Origin: a virus
Taxonomy: Duplodnaviria; Caudoviricetes
IMG/VR virus record: IMGVR_UViG_3300025277_001374
Location: 1 to 35,151 of that record
DNA: 35,151 nucleotides
Strand: one strand, 5' to 3'
The translations under genes and the position numbers were made by a program. Positions 8,189 to 18,950 of this stretch are shown in pieces. The notes under the pieces are model-generated. The model ran no database searches. It saw nothing but the letters and a program-made list of their open reading frames with translations, and was not told the DNA's origin. Every line of letters begins with the position of its first letter. Position 1 is the stretch's first letter.

Positions 8189-11100
8189 TCAATTCGCTGT
8201 AGTCACGTTGCGTGGGATGAATCCCGATTTAGTAGTTCCGTATAACTGATTGAAAAATAGTTGCCCACGAGTTGTCTCGCCTTCATGATAGCCCCTGCCT
8301 CCATACCAGTAAACTAATAATGTATCTAAGTAAGGGAATCCTCTCTGGGCGGATTCTTGTGCGATTAGCATCTTTCTCCTGGTAGTACGAACTTTCCGTA
8401 ACGAATCAATATGAGGGTTCGCATCTACATACGCATTCTTTTGTGCCATATTAGGCAAGGCGTTATATTGATCCCATTGCTGCTGAAGTGCAGCAGAGGG
8501 ATTACTCGTTAACTTGCTAACATCCTTCCCTATGTTCCAGTAAGTAGATAGATACCTGCGGGCGTTATCATACTTTGTCTCTGTCTCAGACATACTAGCC
8601 TGTAGTTCCCGGATGAAGTCAGCGTATACATTGTTTCCTTTAGCCTCAGAGGAAATTCGCATTTTATCCAGGAACTCATCTCTAATCTGATAGAACTTTA
8701 CCCAGTCAGCAGATTCAGGGTGATCTCCTTCAGGCTCAATCGCGTAGTAACGTGCGATTAAGAGTTGCGTTCCTTGCCTTGTATCCTTTATCTGTCCCGC
8801 TGCTGTGTATAAAGACTCGTAATAAGCATCCCTGGCATCATCATCCATAGCGTGAACAGAACGATCATATACTTCGGCAAGAGCCATCTTCATTCCCATT
8901 CGCTTATAAATTTTCTTCTTACGTTCTTCTATCCACTTAGTAGGATCAATACCAGTAGTATTATCTTTCCTCCACTTATCAAGTTCCCCATCGAGTCTTT
9001 GCTGCTCAAACCTTAACTTGTCATTAACCTGCCTTGAAATGATAGCCGCGTCACGAATCTCCTTGGTAGAAATCTCAGGGAACGCTTCTTCCGTTTCCCT
9101 TCGTGCCATCTGCGCCAGTCCACCTCCACGCGCGGTAAAGTCAGAATCCTTATCAGCAGCCCCTGGAGAATAAGCGTTCATAAGTTTCGTAATGAACGGG
9201 AGTTTCAGGCGTGGTCTGCGAATCTCTTTCTGGAACTGTTCATAGTCTTTCGCATCAAGGTTAGTTACAAACTCTGTCCTGCTCGTCCGGTCCATCTCCC
9301 GGTACTCTGCTACTCGTTCCTCCATAGGTCTTGCTTCTTCTTCACGGAAACTATCCAGCATACGAACAAGATAATCAGCCATAGTTAAGGCTTCCTGTCC
9401 TACCCCACCTGTAGCACTCGTGAAGAAATGCTCTGCTCTCTTTGGGCTACTTATTCGATTCTTGATCCAGTCGGGTAGATCCGTATCATATACAGCCTGG
9501 GCAGCCCTGATTGAAGCCTCGGAGCTACGAGTATCATATTGCTCTGGAGGAAGTTCATCTCTCAATCCAAGCCCAACAACAGGCTGATCACGGAACACAT
9601 CCTGACCAGTTCTAACTTCATACAGATATCTTGCTAATTCCGGCACCGGGATACCCTCACCCAGAGGAGACTGCTCCTTGTATAAGTTATAAGCAAAAGT
9701 TTTCAAGTCAACTGGCACCTCGTTGTGCAAGTGATCAACCATAAAAGTCACAGGCTGAAACACCATGTTCCAATCACGCAACCTGTGAGGAATAACAAGG
9801 TATCTAAGTTTTGGTCTTTTAGTCGTTACGTCAAAGATGTACTCACCGTCCTCGTTCTTTGGAGGAGGCAGCATAATAATTATAGAATTGTTTCTGACAT
9901 ATTCAGGAACATCATAATATAGAGGAATTCCGTCATATTCCCATTGTTTATTCCATGACATCTGTATGAAAGCATAAACACTTGTCGCAGCACCCACGCG
10001 CAACGCAACCGACTTCGGTCCACCCAGATCCGTCCTAAAAGCCCCGGCAGTTCCTGTTTCAAATGCCTTTCCCGGTGAGCCGACACCAGCCCTAAACATG
10101 CCCTTCCCAGGTTCAAGGAACTGATACTTGGGAACGCTCTCGTGAGAAACCCGAAGACCCTTAAAAGGTCCTTCTTCAATAAGATTAGTTGTTTCGTTAA
10201 CTTTATATTGCCTCATTTTTACTTTAGGCAACAGATTGATTCCCATTGCGCGGAACGGGTATTTCATGCCTTCCATAGTAGCATTCAGAAACAGAATATA
10301 ACTATTCAGTTCCCTGATCATATCGCCACCACGCCCGAAGTCCAGAGTAGATTGCACTCCAGCTATCGAAGCTGCTTTTGCTTCAGCCGAGTCAATTAAT
10401 CCTACTCCTGTCTTGTTCCAGTTGGTATGTAGCTCATACTCCCAGTCACGCTGATCGAGTTTCATCAGGCGTTTCCACTCTGCTTTGCCTTCTTTATCTC
10501 CGAGCCTGTTTCTTAACCCCCTCCTAAAAGATTTACGTGCAATCACGTAACGAACTGACTGCTCTGCAAGTGTACCCGCCGCAGGAACAGTCTTCCATAC
10601 CTTTATCCCCGCCAGATACTTGCTATCTTTCCATGTCTGATTATCGATACCCATCATTTCCTTTGCTGAATCTTTTATCATTTTTTCTATTTCCGCTTGC
10701 CGTCCGGGTCCTTCTAGTGCCTTTACTATTTTGGCATCGTGCCGAGAGTCTGTAACGGCTTTAGAAAGTTTTCGATACTGATCTGGAGTAGGATCAAATA
10801 CCCTGGCTAGCATTCCACCACTACCCGTGAATATCTGCTCGAATCGATCCTCTGTCTTGAAAGCTATGTTTGCCGCGCTCTTTGCGAGCCTTTGCAAACT
10901 CTCATGAGGAACTTTTAATCCGGCAACCATTGTGCCAGTAAACATATCGATGAATTGGTTCTTAACAATAAAGACAGGGCTAAACGTAGTTAACGCTCCT
11001 CTGAAGAATCCGTTTGACATTGCTAATGTATTCTTTAGAAATCCCCTTGAACCTACTCCCCGAACAGCTAAAGCACCACGCCCGTATATCGTATTCCAAA

Positions 11101-14059
11101 GAGTCGGACTAACCGCACCACCCGCTTCATTTGCCGCGAAAACCATTCGTTCACCCTCGCGGAAGAACGTAATCACTCCTGATTTCATATCCTCATTGTA
11201 TCCAGGAAGATCCACCTCATCGAATTTATATTTAGGCTCCGGTCTTTTCGCGCCCGTCGCAATAACATACTGGTTCTTGTTCCCTACGGGCTTACTGAGA
11301 ATCCCCTCGTCAACCAACTTGTCCACAATAACTCTAATCTCTTTATCACCTGCTTTAATGTCATCAATCAGTAATTGTCCCTTAATACGTCCGAGTCCAA
11401 CCGTAGTTTCCCCTGGGTCTATCCGTAGCACTTTTGACACAGTGTCATAAACATGACTATCGTCAACAATCGTTTTAGTAAACTTACTGCTTACATTAAC
11501 TAAACCGTGTTCCTCAAACAAACCCATCTCAAAGAGATCGTTCAGCAAATCATTCTCAGCAGCACGCATCTCGTCTGCCATCAAATGTTTCAGCATGATC
11601 TCTCCAGTTATTGGCTTTGCTGTATAACCGATATCCTCAACCCCCTCTATTGGGATAGCAGCAAACTCATCCCATGCTCCCTTGGATAACGCGGGACCTC
11701 CACGCGCACCAGGACGGAGTAATCCGCTTCTGGTTGACGCTGCTTCTATGTAAGACATCGGCATATACCACGGCTCTCTTATCAACCTGCCTCTGGGTGT
11801 CGGTTCTAGTTTTTCCATAATCTTATTGTAACGAATAACAAGAGCATCAATCCGTTCACGAGCAGCAGCACGGGCAGCATCATCTGTCGCTCCCGCTCGT
11901 TCAAACAAGGTATTGGCTCGTTTGATTGCGTCAGGTCTTGCATTTGTAGCAGGAGCTTTCTGCAATATTCTGCGTTCTGCGTTAGTCGCTGCCTGATAGT
12001 TGTCCCATAGCTGCTTTATCTGATCAGTCTCATTGGCAGCCATTTCCGCTATCTCCTCATCTACCATGTCATATTGCTCGAAGAATTCCCTGGAAATAAC
12101 TTTGCTCTCAAACTGCCTGCGTCTTGACATTCTCATCATGTCCCGTGTGTCCCTTGCCACATCCTCAAGCCAGTCCAACTGATCCTGTGTATACTTCTTA
12201 AATAAATCAGATCCTTCGCTCACATCAGTCCATCTCTTAATCATCTCTTTATCGACCAGGACTCCCTGCTCATTTATAAGTTTCCCAGCCTCATCAAATT
12301 CATAGTCTAAGAATCTCAGAGGTCCGCGTCCCGGAACCAACGGATCTACTTGTTTCCATGCGTCATTTTCGTCATATAGATAACCTGCGCGTTTCGCAAA
12401 CACGTAACGATCAATATCGAGCCTCTTAATACCACCCTGGGACACCGCGGGGTCCAGACTGTTTTTTAGGTAATTAGCAAAGAATATCGGTGCCTTCATC
12501 TTCGCTCCCGCAGCAAGACGCCCCTTGGTCACAACGTCAAACTTGCCACCTGGCTCAAAGATTTTACCCTTAACTATCACATTAGAACGCCAGAAGTTCT
12601 CCTGAAGATTAGTCAACAAGAATTGCCCGTTGTGAAACTTGTTCATGAATACGATATAACTGTCTGCCGCTCTACCTGTATTCATTCTCTGCACAAAAGG
12701 AACCTTGCCACTAAGTTCCGTAGTTAACCTGGCAAAGCTATCCAGCATTTGAGTAGTTGTTTGTTTTGCCATAGCTATAGGATTCAACCATTTACTAGAC
12801 TCTAATCCATCAGTCACTACAGAGCTTGCAGGATCACTCGATGCTTTAGGTCCTATAGTTTCAGGAAGTATTTTGTTATCAGGAGGAGCTACCCGCCTAC
12901 CGGCAGGAGGAGGAACAGCAGGAGCATCAGTCGCAAGATCAGCAGCCGCCTCTTCAACTCGCCGCAGGTCTATATCTGCTTCGTCAAGCCTACCTAACAC
13001 TTTAGCACCCGCTGACACATTAGCCTTTGGATTTTCCCTTAGTTGATTATCCGCAGTCAGGGCAAACCTGTCAGTTATGCCCGTGGTAGTTGTTTTCGCG
13101 TAAGCCATGTTAGCATTCTTCAATACCTCTTCAGGAGGAATCCCTTCTTTAATTGCCGCTGTACCCTCAGAACGTAAATAATTGGTATGCTGACGAAGTA
13201 AGCCCCAGTCAGCAGTCTTCCTTCCTAAAGGTGCGGCAATAGCACCCACTCCTCTACCCAAACCTCTGGCTGGTACTGAAATAGCTTTCATTGCTGCACG
13301 TTCAGCAATATCTAAAGGTTTCAGTGCTGCTTCACCTACCTTTAAGGCACCTCTTGCCGCTGCTGCAACTCCAGGAGCCTGTCTTGTAAGTGTGCCTGTA
13401 GGTTGGAACCGACCCGCTCCTTCAACCCCTTTTGCTATCCTTGCTCCAGCAGGTCCAAGCATCTTCCCTGCCCGTGTTGCTGCCAAAGCTCCTCTTGCTA
13501 CTCCCGCAGGTGGAAATAAAAAGTAAGGGAATTCTTCTAAAGTTCCACGCATAAATGGAGGTAACTTATAAAGTTCCTCTCCAACCTGCCTGACCTCTGT
13601 CTTTGAAAGAGGACGACCTAACTCCTGATACTTCTGGTATAGAGCTTTTTCTATATTCGCGTAACGCCTTGTTCCGGGTGCAGCATATATAGGATCTCGC
13701 CTGCTTGTTTCATACGGAGCATACGGTCCGGGCAAAGTAGCAATATTGTGCCTAATCGCACTTGGTAGAAACTTCCCTTCGGGTGTTACCCACGCATCTG
13801 GCTTCCATGCGAAGTTAAATGCACCGGGTCCCGGCTCCCACCTAACAGGTAATGACTGGGTTAACCCTTCAACTATAGGAGCGAGGGCTTCCTGTTTCAG
13901 GAACTCGAAAGGAGCAGCAAGTTTTTCAATCCCTGCGGTAGCTCCCCGCACAGCAGGACCCAAGAAGCTAGCCCAGACGCTAGGGTCTTGCACGACTTGT
14001 TGAGCCGCCTGTTCAGCAGCTATCCGTGCTGCTTCGCTAGGGAATCGTGGCGTAGTCAT
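8189..14059 (-). CDS. Large internal virion/DNA ejection protein with an LPD38-like region
   Basis: 1956 aa; TLDFGRGG...LNSYILFLNATMEG...YYDVPEYVRNNSIII...IP pattern resembles LPD38-containing ejection proteins. Confidence 0.65.
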   Translation of the reverse strand: MTTPRFPSEAARIAAEQAAQQVVQDPSVWASFLGPAVRGATAGIEKLAAPFEFLKQEALAPIVEGLTQSLPVRWEPGPGAFNFAWKPDAWVTPEGKFLPSAIRHNIATLPGPYAPYETSRRDPIYAAPGTRRYANIEKALYQKYQELGRPLSKTEVRQVGEELYKLPPFMRGTLEEFPYFLFPPAGVARGALAATRAGKMLGPAGARIAKGVEGAGRFQPTGTLTRQAPGVAAAARGALKVGEAALKPLDIAERAAMKAISVPARGLGRGVGAIAAPLGRKTADWGLLRQHTNYLRSEGTAAIKEGIPPEEVLKNANMAYAKTTTTGITDRFALTADNQLRENPKANVSAGAKVLGRLDEADIDLRRVEEAAADLATDAPAVPPPAGRRVAPPDNKILPETIGPKASSDPASSVVTDGLESSKWLNPIAMAKQTTTQMLDSFARLTTELSGKVPFVQRMNTGRAADSYIVFMNKFHNGQFLLTNLQENFWRSNVIVKGKIFEPGGKFDVVTKGRLAAGAKMKAPIFFANYLKNSLDPAVSQGGIKRLDIDRYVFAKRAGYLYDENDAWKQVDPLVPGRGPLRFLDYEFDEAGKLINEQGVLVDKEMIKRWTDVSEGSDLFKKYTQDQLDWLEDVARDTRDMMRMSRRRQFESKVISREFFEQYDMVDEEIAEMAANETDQIKQLWDNYQAATNAERRILQKAPATNARPDAIKRANTLFERAGATDDAARAAARERIDALVIRYNKIMEKLEPTPRGRLIREPWYMPMSYIEAASTRSGLLRPGARGGPALSKGAWDEFAAIPIEGVEDIGYTAKPITGEIMLKHLMADEMRAAENDLLNDLFEMGLFEEHGLVNVSSKFTKTIVDDSHVYDTVSKVLRIDPGETTVGLGRIKGQLLIDDIKAGDKEIRVIVDKLVDEGILSKPVGNKNQYVIATGAKRPEPKYKFDEVDLPGYNEDMKSGVITFFREGERMVFAANEAGGAVSPTLWNTIYGRGALAVRGVGSRGFLKNTLAMSNGFFRGALTTFSPVFIVKNQFIDMFTGTMVAGLKVPHESLQRLAKSAANIAFKTEDRFEQIFTGSGGMLARVFDPTPDQYRKLSKAVTDSRHDAKIVKALEGPGRQAEIEKMIKDSAKEMMGIDNQTWKDSKYLAGIKVWKTVPAAGTLAEQSVRYVIARKSFRRGLRNRLGDKEGKAEWKRLMKLDQRDWEYELHTNWNKTGVGLIDSAEAKAASIAGVQSTLDFGRGGDMIRELNSYILFLNATMEGMKYPFRAMGINLLPKVKMRQYKVNETTNLIEEGPFKGLRVSHESVPKYQFLEPGKGMFRAGVGSPGKAFETGTAGAFRTDLGGPKSVALRVGAATSVYAFIQMSWNKQWEYDGIPLYYDVPEYVRNNSIIIMLPPPKNEDGEYIFDVTTKRPKLRYLVIPHRLRDWNMVFQPVTFMVDHLHNEVPVDLKTFAYNLYKEQSPLGEGIPVPELARYLYEVRTGQDVFRDQPVVGLGLRDELPPEQYDTRSSEASIRAAQAVYDTDLPDWIKNRISSPKRAEHFFTSATGGVGQEALTMADYLVRMLDSFREEEARPMEERVAEYREMDRTSRTEFVTNLDAKDYEQFQKEIRRPRLKLPFITKLMNAYSPGAADKDSDFTARGGGLAQMARRETEEAFPEISTKEIRDAAIISRQVNDKLRFEQQRLDGELDKWRKDNTTGIDPTKWIEERKKKIYKRMGMKMALAEVYDRSVHAMDDDARDAYYESLYTAAGQIKDTRQGTQLLIARYYAIEPEGDHPESADWVKFYQIRDEFLDKMRISSEAKGNNVYADFIRELQASMSETETKYDNARRYLSTYWNIGKDVSKLTSNPSAALQQQWDQYNALPNMAQKNAYVDANPHIDSLRKVRTTRRKMLIAQESAQRGFPYLDTLLVYWYGGRGYHEGETTRGQLFFNQLYGTTKSGFIPRNVTTAN

Positions 14060-14415
14060 TAGAAGTAAATGTGCCTCGTACTAGGCGCATACCTACTGGT
14101 AGTAACGCCTCTTTGATACGGAGATAACTGTGCATACCTTTGTGTAAATGGAACAGTGCTTAAGAAATCTCCAAAGGTAGACCACTGTGAAGGATCTTTC
14201 CTCTGAGATATTTCCTGCGCCCGCTTACCAAGATACTGATTGTATATATTGCTATATCTTCCAGACCAGTAATCCTGTGCGCGTTGCTGCATTGGAGCGG
14301 TTCCTCCGAACCCCTGTCTGCCCACGGCACCCATGTATGCTGTTTGCGGTTCTTCCTCTAATAAAGTCGAATAGAAATCATCAAAGGTATTTCTTCTGTT
14401 ATTTTGCATAGTCAT
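14059..14415 (-). CDS. Putative small internal virion protein
   Basis: 118 aa, Gln/Tyr-rich, TAATG coupling to the 1956-aa gene. Confidence 0.55.
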   Translation of the reverse strand: MTMQNNRRNTFDDFYSTLLEEEPQTAYMGAVGRQGFGGTAPMQQRAQDYWSGRYSNIYNQYLGKRAQEISQRKDPSQWSTFGDFLSTVPFTQRYAQLSPYQRGVTTSRYAPSTRHIYF

Positions 14416-14421
14416 AATTAA

Positions 14422-17055
14422 TCACCTTATCAAATCTAGTTGAGGGTTGTAAGGAATCGTATCGACTCCTGAAGCGAAATTGTATCGATCCCAGTCACCT
14501 TGTTGCAGACTTCCGCTAGCCAAAGCGTTTGATAAAGCATCAGACTGTTGTTGCCTTGCTCCAGCAGCGAGTCCTGTGTAATCAGTTTGGTAAGGCGACT
14601 GGATCTGAGGTGCTAACTGCGTTCCGATTCCCTGCTGATACCGGGTTGGAGTATAAGGAGTGTATGAAGGTCGCTGGTAAGCCGAACTTATCCAGTCTGC
14701 AAACCTGCTTGCACCTTGAGGTCCATATAATTCGCTCATCCTGTTATACATGCTTGTAAGCCCTGGCTGAACATACCCAGTCATTCCTGGTCTAACTCCT
14801 AATGCCGCTTGTGTCATTCCTAAGATCGATTGTTGTAATTGCCCAGCGTCCATTCCTCCTAAATACATTTCATATCTTGGGTCAATATCAGTCAAGTCAG
14901 CACCAATTGAGCCTGCCCCAACTCCTGCGCTTGCCCTCAAGTAATCACCTAGCCCTGCGTAAGTTCCCCTGATATCTCCCAGAGGTCTTCTCTGACCAGT
15001 TCCTAAGTATTGCCTGAACAATGATCCTCTGCCAAGTGGCTCGTATCCACCTGCGGTTAATCCACCTGCCATCGCCTCATCGAGAGTAGGAGCCGCTATA
15101 GTTCCTGCTCCGGGAGTAACTGGTACTCCTGCCATACCGAGTGCGCCTGTAACTCCTGCTGCACCGGGAGTAACTCCTGCTACAGCACCAGGGATTCCTG
15201 TTGCTATCTGATTTAATAAGAATCTTCCGTAAGCAGGATCGAACCCCCAACCAAGTGCTTGACCTGCTTGCTTTAATCCTGCAAGAGATAATCCAGGAAA
15301 CTGCTCCATTCGGAACCTGCGGAAAGACTGTTCTGGACCCAACGCCTCTTCCCATAATGGTAGAGGTCTGGCTGCCGGTGTTACCTGATACGCACCTGGA
15401 ACTGAAGCTGCGCCTGTTACCGTTGGCATCATGCCTGTAGATGCATCTCTGCCGGAACCAAGTAATTGCGGTCCTCCCGTCATGCCTGGAGGCATTGGTG
15501 GTCCACCGGCTTCAGGAGAAGCTACCGTTCCCGCTCCATCTGTAACGGCAACCGAATCACTTATTAATTGCGGGTACCGATCCATGAATGCTGTTCTGCT
15601 TTGATCGTATAGTGCATCTATCTCTGGAGTAACCGTGCCTCCAGCATTCGTCCACGCATCAAGTATCAACTCTTTATTAGGCATAAACCCATAAGGCGGA
15701 TTATATACTCCCTGGAACTGTTCCTCTAAGAACTGAGCAAACGTCTGTGGCTGCCCAGTGGCTTGTTGTTGTCCACCAGCTTCAGTAGTCGTATCATCAG
15801 CAGTCGTGACTTTTTTGTCATCCGGAGGTCCCGTAGGTCTACCTGCTGCTTGCCAGTTCAGGAAGCTAAGTCCTCCACCCGCAGCCTTATAACTATTCCA
15901 TAATACTCGATCAGCAGCATCGGGATCTACGACATCGGCTGCTCCTGCTTCGCCACCTGCGCCACCTGCGCCACCTGCCTCCTCGATAACCTCCGCAACT
16001 TCAACTCCACCAATTCCCGGCTCAGTGCCTAGTCCTCGTGCGGCATACAATGTTGAGTAACTAGGGTCAACAACTGATGGCTGTGCAGCCTGTGCGTCTA
16101 CGCCAGCAACTGCGGGACCCCCTGCCATGAGTCCACTTCTGGAATAATCATGTAAGTTTTCCAAAGCCCAACCAGGAATCGTACCTGGATCAACAGCACC
16201 AGGAACAGCCATTCCCAGTTGACCCTCTGTAAATCCTTGTGGAGCAACTGCGCCCGTTCCAAATTCCATAAAGCCGGGTCCTGTCCCGATTCTAGTAGGT
16301 CGGACAACCGGTGGTTGTGTTACCGGTGGTGCGCCTCCGCCTCCAAATTGCTCAAATGTAGGAACGCCGTCCGTCATCGCGTAGAAATCTTCACCCATGG
16401 GTCCATAAGAAGGAATGCCTTCTTTTGGCGCAAATAGTTCATCTAATCCGGGTAATCCATAAAACCGTGTCTTGGCGTTAGCAACATCTAACTTGAGAAG
16501 ATCGCTCTTTCGAGTTATACCCGACATCCCAGTCACCTGGTTGCGAACCGCCACTTGCTCTCCCCCTGGACCTCCGACTCCCGGTGGTCCACCCATTCCC
16601 CATAAAGTCGGGTCCTGCAAAGTCCTTTTCTGAACATCAGCAACTGACTCGCCCGTGGGAACCCAGTTATTATCAAGATTCGTTATCCCACTAGCGGTAT
16701 TAACCATGGGTGGCTCATCAGTTCCAAATTGTGCCTGATAAGGAACAGGCGGAGGAACTTTCGCTTGGGCAAGTATAGCCGCAGCCTGGGATTCCAGCAT
16801 GTTCGCCGGCAAAACAGTTTCTCCCGGAATCATAGGACCTCCGACTCCCGGTGGTCCACCTCCCGCTCCCAACGGAATAAACTGCGTAAACCCTGGCTGA
16901 TCCCTTTGGCTAAAAGCTCTAGGTACTGTCATGCCTGATTCTGGCATTGCCCCAAGATCACCAAGGTTAAGGAAATCTTCCGGACTAATAGTCTCCCTAC
17001 CAATGTATCCTCTTTCGTGTCCTATCCACGGTCTGAGCGGATCTATATGTGGCAT
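14422..17055 (-). CDS. Gly/Pro/Ala-rich low-complexity protein, putative internal virion/ejection protein
   Basis: 877 aa between the portal and the large ejection protein; composition suggests it is largely disordered. Confidence 0.55.
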   Translation of the reverse strand: MPHIDPLRPWIGHERGYIGRETISPEDFLNLGDLGAMPESGMTVPRAFSQRDQPGFTQFIPLGAGGGPPGVGGPMIPGETVLPANMLESQAAAILAQAKVPPPVPYQAQFGTDEPPMVNTASGITNLDNNWVPTGESVADVQKRTLQDPTLWGMGGPPGVGGPGGEQVAVRNQVTGMSGITRKSDLLKLDVANAKTRFYGLPGLDELFAPKEGIPSYGPMGEDFYAMTDGVPTFEQFGGGGAPPVTQPPVVRPTRIGTGPGFMEFGTGAVAPQGFTEGQLGMAVPGAVDPGTIPGWALENLHDYSRSGLMAGGPAVAGVDAQAAQPSVVDPSYSTLYAARGLGTEPGIGGVEVAEVIEEAGGAGGAGGEAGAADVVDPDAADRVLWNSYKAAGGGLSFLNWQAAGRPTGPPDDKKVTTADDTTTEAGGQQQATGQPQTFAQFLEEQFQGVYNPPYGFMPNKELILDAWTNAGGTVTPEIDALYDQSRTAFMDRYPQLISDSVAVTDGAGTVASPEAGGPPMPPGMTGGPQLLGSGRDASTGMMPTVTGAASVPGAYQVTPAARPLPLWEEALGPEQSFRRFRMEQFPGLSLAGLKQAGQALGWGFDPAYGRFLLNQIATGIPGAVAGVTPGAAGVTGALGMAGVPVTPGAGTIAAPTLDEAMAGGLTAGGYEPLGRGSLFRQYLGTGQRRPLGDIRGTYAGLGDYLRASAGVGAGSIGADLTDIDPRYEMYLGGMDAGQLQQSILGMTQAALGVRPGMTGYVQPGLTSMYNRMSELYGPQGASRFADWISSAYQRPSYTPYTPTRYQQGIGTQLAPQIQSPYQTDYTGLAAGARQQQSDALSNALASGSLQQGDWDRYNFASGVDTIPYNPQLDLIR
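16568..16860. repeat. 26-bp exact direct repeat encoding GGPPGVGGP twice
   Basis: ggacctccgactcccggtggtccacc at 16568-16593 and 16835-16860. Confidence 0.85.
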
Positions 17056-17057
17056 AA

Positions 17058-18950
17058 TTAACCTCCTGTAGACGGTATCATTCCGATACTCGCCAATCTA
17101 TTTTCTGTACTTTGTGCGCCTGGTCTTGGAGTTCCTGGTGGAACTGAAGGACCCGGAACCTGATTTGGCATAGGCGGTGGAACGCCTAATGCTGCGTTTG
17201 GCATTACTTGTGGTGGTAATCCCGGAGGACCACCCATTCCTGGCGGTGGACCCATAGGACCACCCATCATTTCGGGAGGCATTCCCGGAGGCATACCACC
17301 CTGACCCGGAGGCATACCACCCTGCCCCGGAGGAGGTCCTCCCATCATCTGCTGTTGCTCCATAGCCTTCATCATGTAAATACGGGAGAGTTCTCCCTGA
17401 TAGAAGTTAGCCATGTCTTGCCGTCCCTGCCTGATTGCAGCTTGCAACAGTTCCCAAATCTGTGCTTCGGGTAATGCTTTCTCTGCAATCTGCATCTTAA
17501 TAGAATCTTCCATTGCATCGGCAGACTGTAATCCTAAGATGTTATCTCTAATATACATATCGGGAAGCAGGGGAGTAGGACCTTCTCTTGCGATCTGTGC
17601 CATACTCATCTTGCTCATGTCATCTTGTGGCAACTGTCCTATTAAGACAACTTCCACATCACCCGAATCCTTAATCATATCCGGCGTAATTTCTTCCTGG
17701 AAATACATACGGTTCTGATCTTGCCCTGATAGTTCCATAGCCTTAAATGCGCCTGTAATATACTGGTCACACAGCAAATGGAAGATACTTCGGTAAGCTC
17801 GTTCCATTGCATGCAGCCTTGGAATAAGCATACTCTCGACTCCCTGCCTGAGAGTATTAATAGCAAAACCAGATAATTGAAATTCTAATTGTCCGTAGAT
17901 CGAATGAGGCAATCCGCCTCGCTGCATCTCACCGCTGACTAGTCCCATGAATGCGCCTGATTCCCGTGCCATTTCCAGCAAGCCAAGCGGCTCTACGTCT
18001 TCTCCCTGACCGAGTGCAATCTCGGAACCTTCCTTGTATGGATCTTCCTCAAGAGTTTTAGTTCCATCTCTGGATTTAACTTTCAGTCCTTGTTTACGGG
18101 AGCGAGCGGTAAGCTCAAGCATTACCGACATCATAAGGTTATGTTTCTCATACAAGTCTCTTGAAGATTTAAAGCAAGATTCACCGTAGTCTTCTATGGT
18201 ATCTAAGTTCCCTGTATCAGTAATTGCCTGGATCAGAGGGTTTGCGCCAACTGGTCCTAGGAATACAGGAACCTTTTCCGATCCGTGCTTAGTTGCACGT
18301 TTTAAAACTTCCTCACCGGTACAAACTATATTGTCTTCTTTGTCATAGAAGTCATAAACTTCTACCGCATCTTCTGTCCCTGAGTCTTCACCTTCGCCTT
18401 TTAAGTCAACTCCCCACATAGCTTTAATCTCTGCCGGAGTCTTCATGGTTTTATAGCAAGCCCACCCAAGCCCGTGCTTACCTTCTCCCCAGTAAGTATG
18501 TAGTGGGTCCCAAGGCTGAATATCTACGTAAGTCTCACCGTCTTCATCTTTAACTAACAACGCACGACCTGCGTACCATCCACGTAAACAGGTAAACCAC
18601 GCAAGCTGCTGCCTGACTATAGGTTGAAACCTTGAAGTAAGCCTGTCGTCTGCTGCCTTTAAGACTCCAATAAGGAATCTTTCTTTTGCGTCATTGTTTT
18701 CCCGCTCTTCTCTTTGCGAGTTATTATACGGAACCCTGATCACCATCTCTGCGGTGGTCATCCATGTAATAAGTTTATCTGCATAGACTTGTGGTTCATT
18801 AGATGTATAACTCTGGAACCCTTCACCTGCATCGTATTCTTCCAGTCGATAGATCTTATGATCGTCGTCCATACGGGTACGTAGCGGTTCCGTGAGGTCG
18901 TAGTGGTTATCAACAAGACTAATTATTTCTTCTGGTGTATAGTTTGCCAT
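17058..18950 (-). CDS. Portal protein with a Pro/Gly/Met-rich C-terminal tail
   Basis: Start MANYTPEE (ATG 18950, TAATG overlap with the TerL stop); directly after TerL; 'QLSGFAINTL', 'KHG..KVPV' and 'WDP..TY' portal-like motifs. Confidence 0.85.
   Translation of the reverse strand: MANYTPEEIISLVDNHYDLTEPLRTRMDDDHKIYRLEEYDAGEGFQSYTSNEPQVYADKLITWMTTAEMVIRVPYNNSQREERENNDAKERFLIGVLKAADDRLTSRFQPIVRQQLAWFTCLRGWYAGRALLVKDEDGETYVDIQPWDPLHTYWGEGKHGLGWACYKTMKTPAEIKAMWGVDLKGEGEDSGTEDAVEVYDFYDKEDNIVCTGEEVLKRATKHGSEKVPVFLGPVGANPLIQAITDTGNLDTIEDYGESCFKSSRDLYEKHNLMMSVMLELTARSRKQGLKVKSRDGTKTLEEDPYKEGSEIALGQGEDVEPLGLLEMARESGAFMGLVSGEMQRGGLPHSIYGQLEFQLSGFAINTLRQGVESMLIPRLHAMERAYRSIFHLLCDQYITGAFKAMELSGQDQNRMYFQEEITPDMIKDSGDVEVVLIGQLPQDDMSKMSMAQIAREGPTPLLPDMYIRDNILGLQSADAMEDSIKMQIAEKALPEAQIWELLQAAIRQGRQDMANFYQGELSRIYMMKAMEQQQMMGGPPPGQGGMPPGQGGMPPGMPPEMMGGPMGPPPGMGGPPGLPPQVMPNAALGVPPPMPNQVPGPSVPPGTPRPGAQSTENRLASIGMIPSTGG
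17284..17333. repeat. 21-bp tandem repeat (about 2.4 copies) encoding GQGGMPP in the portal tail
   Basis: cccggaggcataccaccctg(a/c) at 17284 and 17305, partial copy at 17326. Confidence 0.8.
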
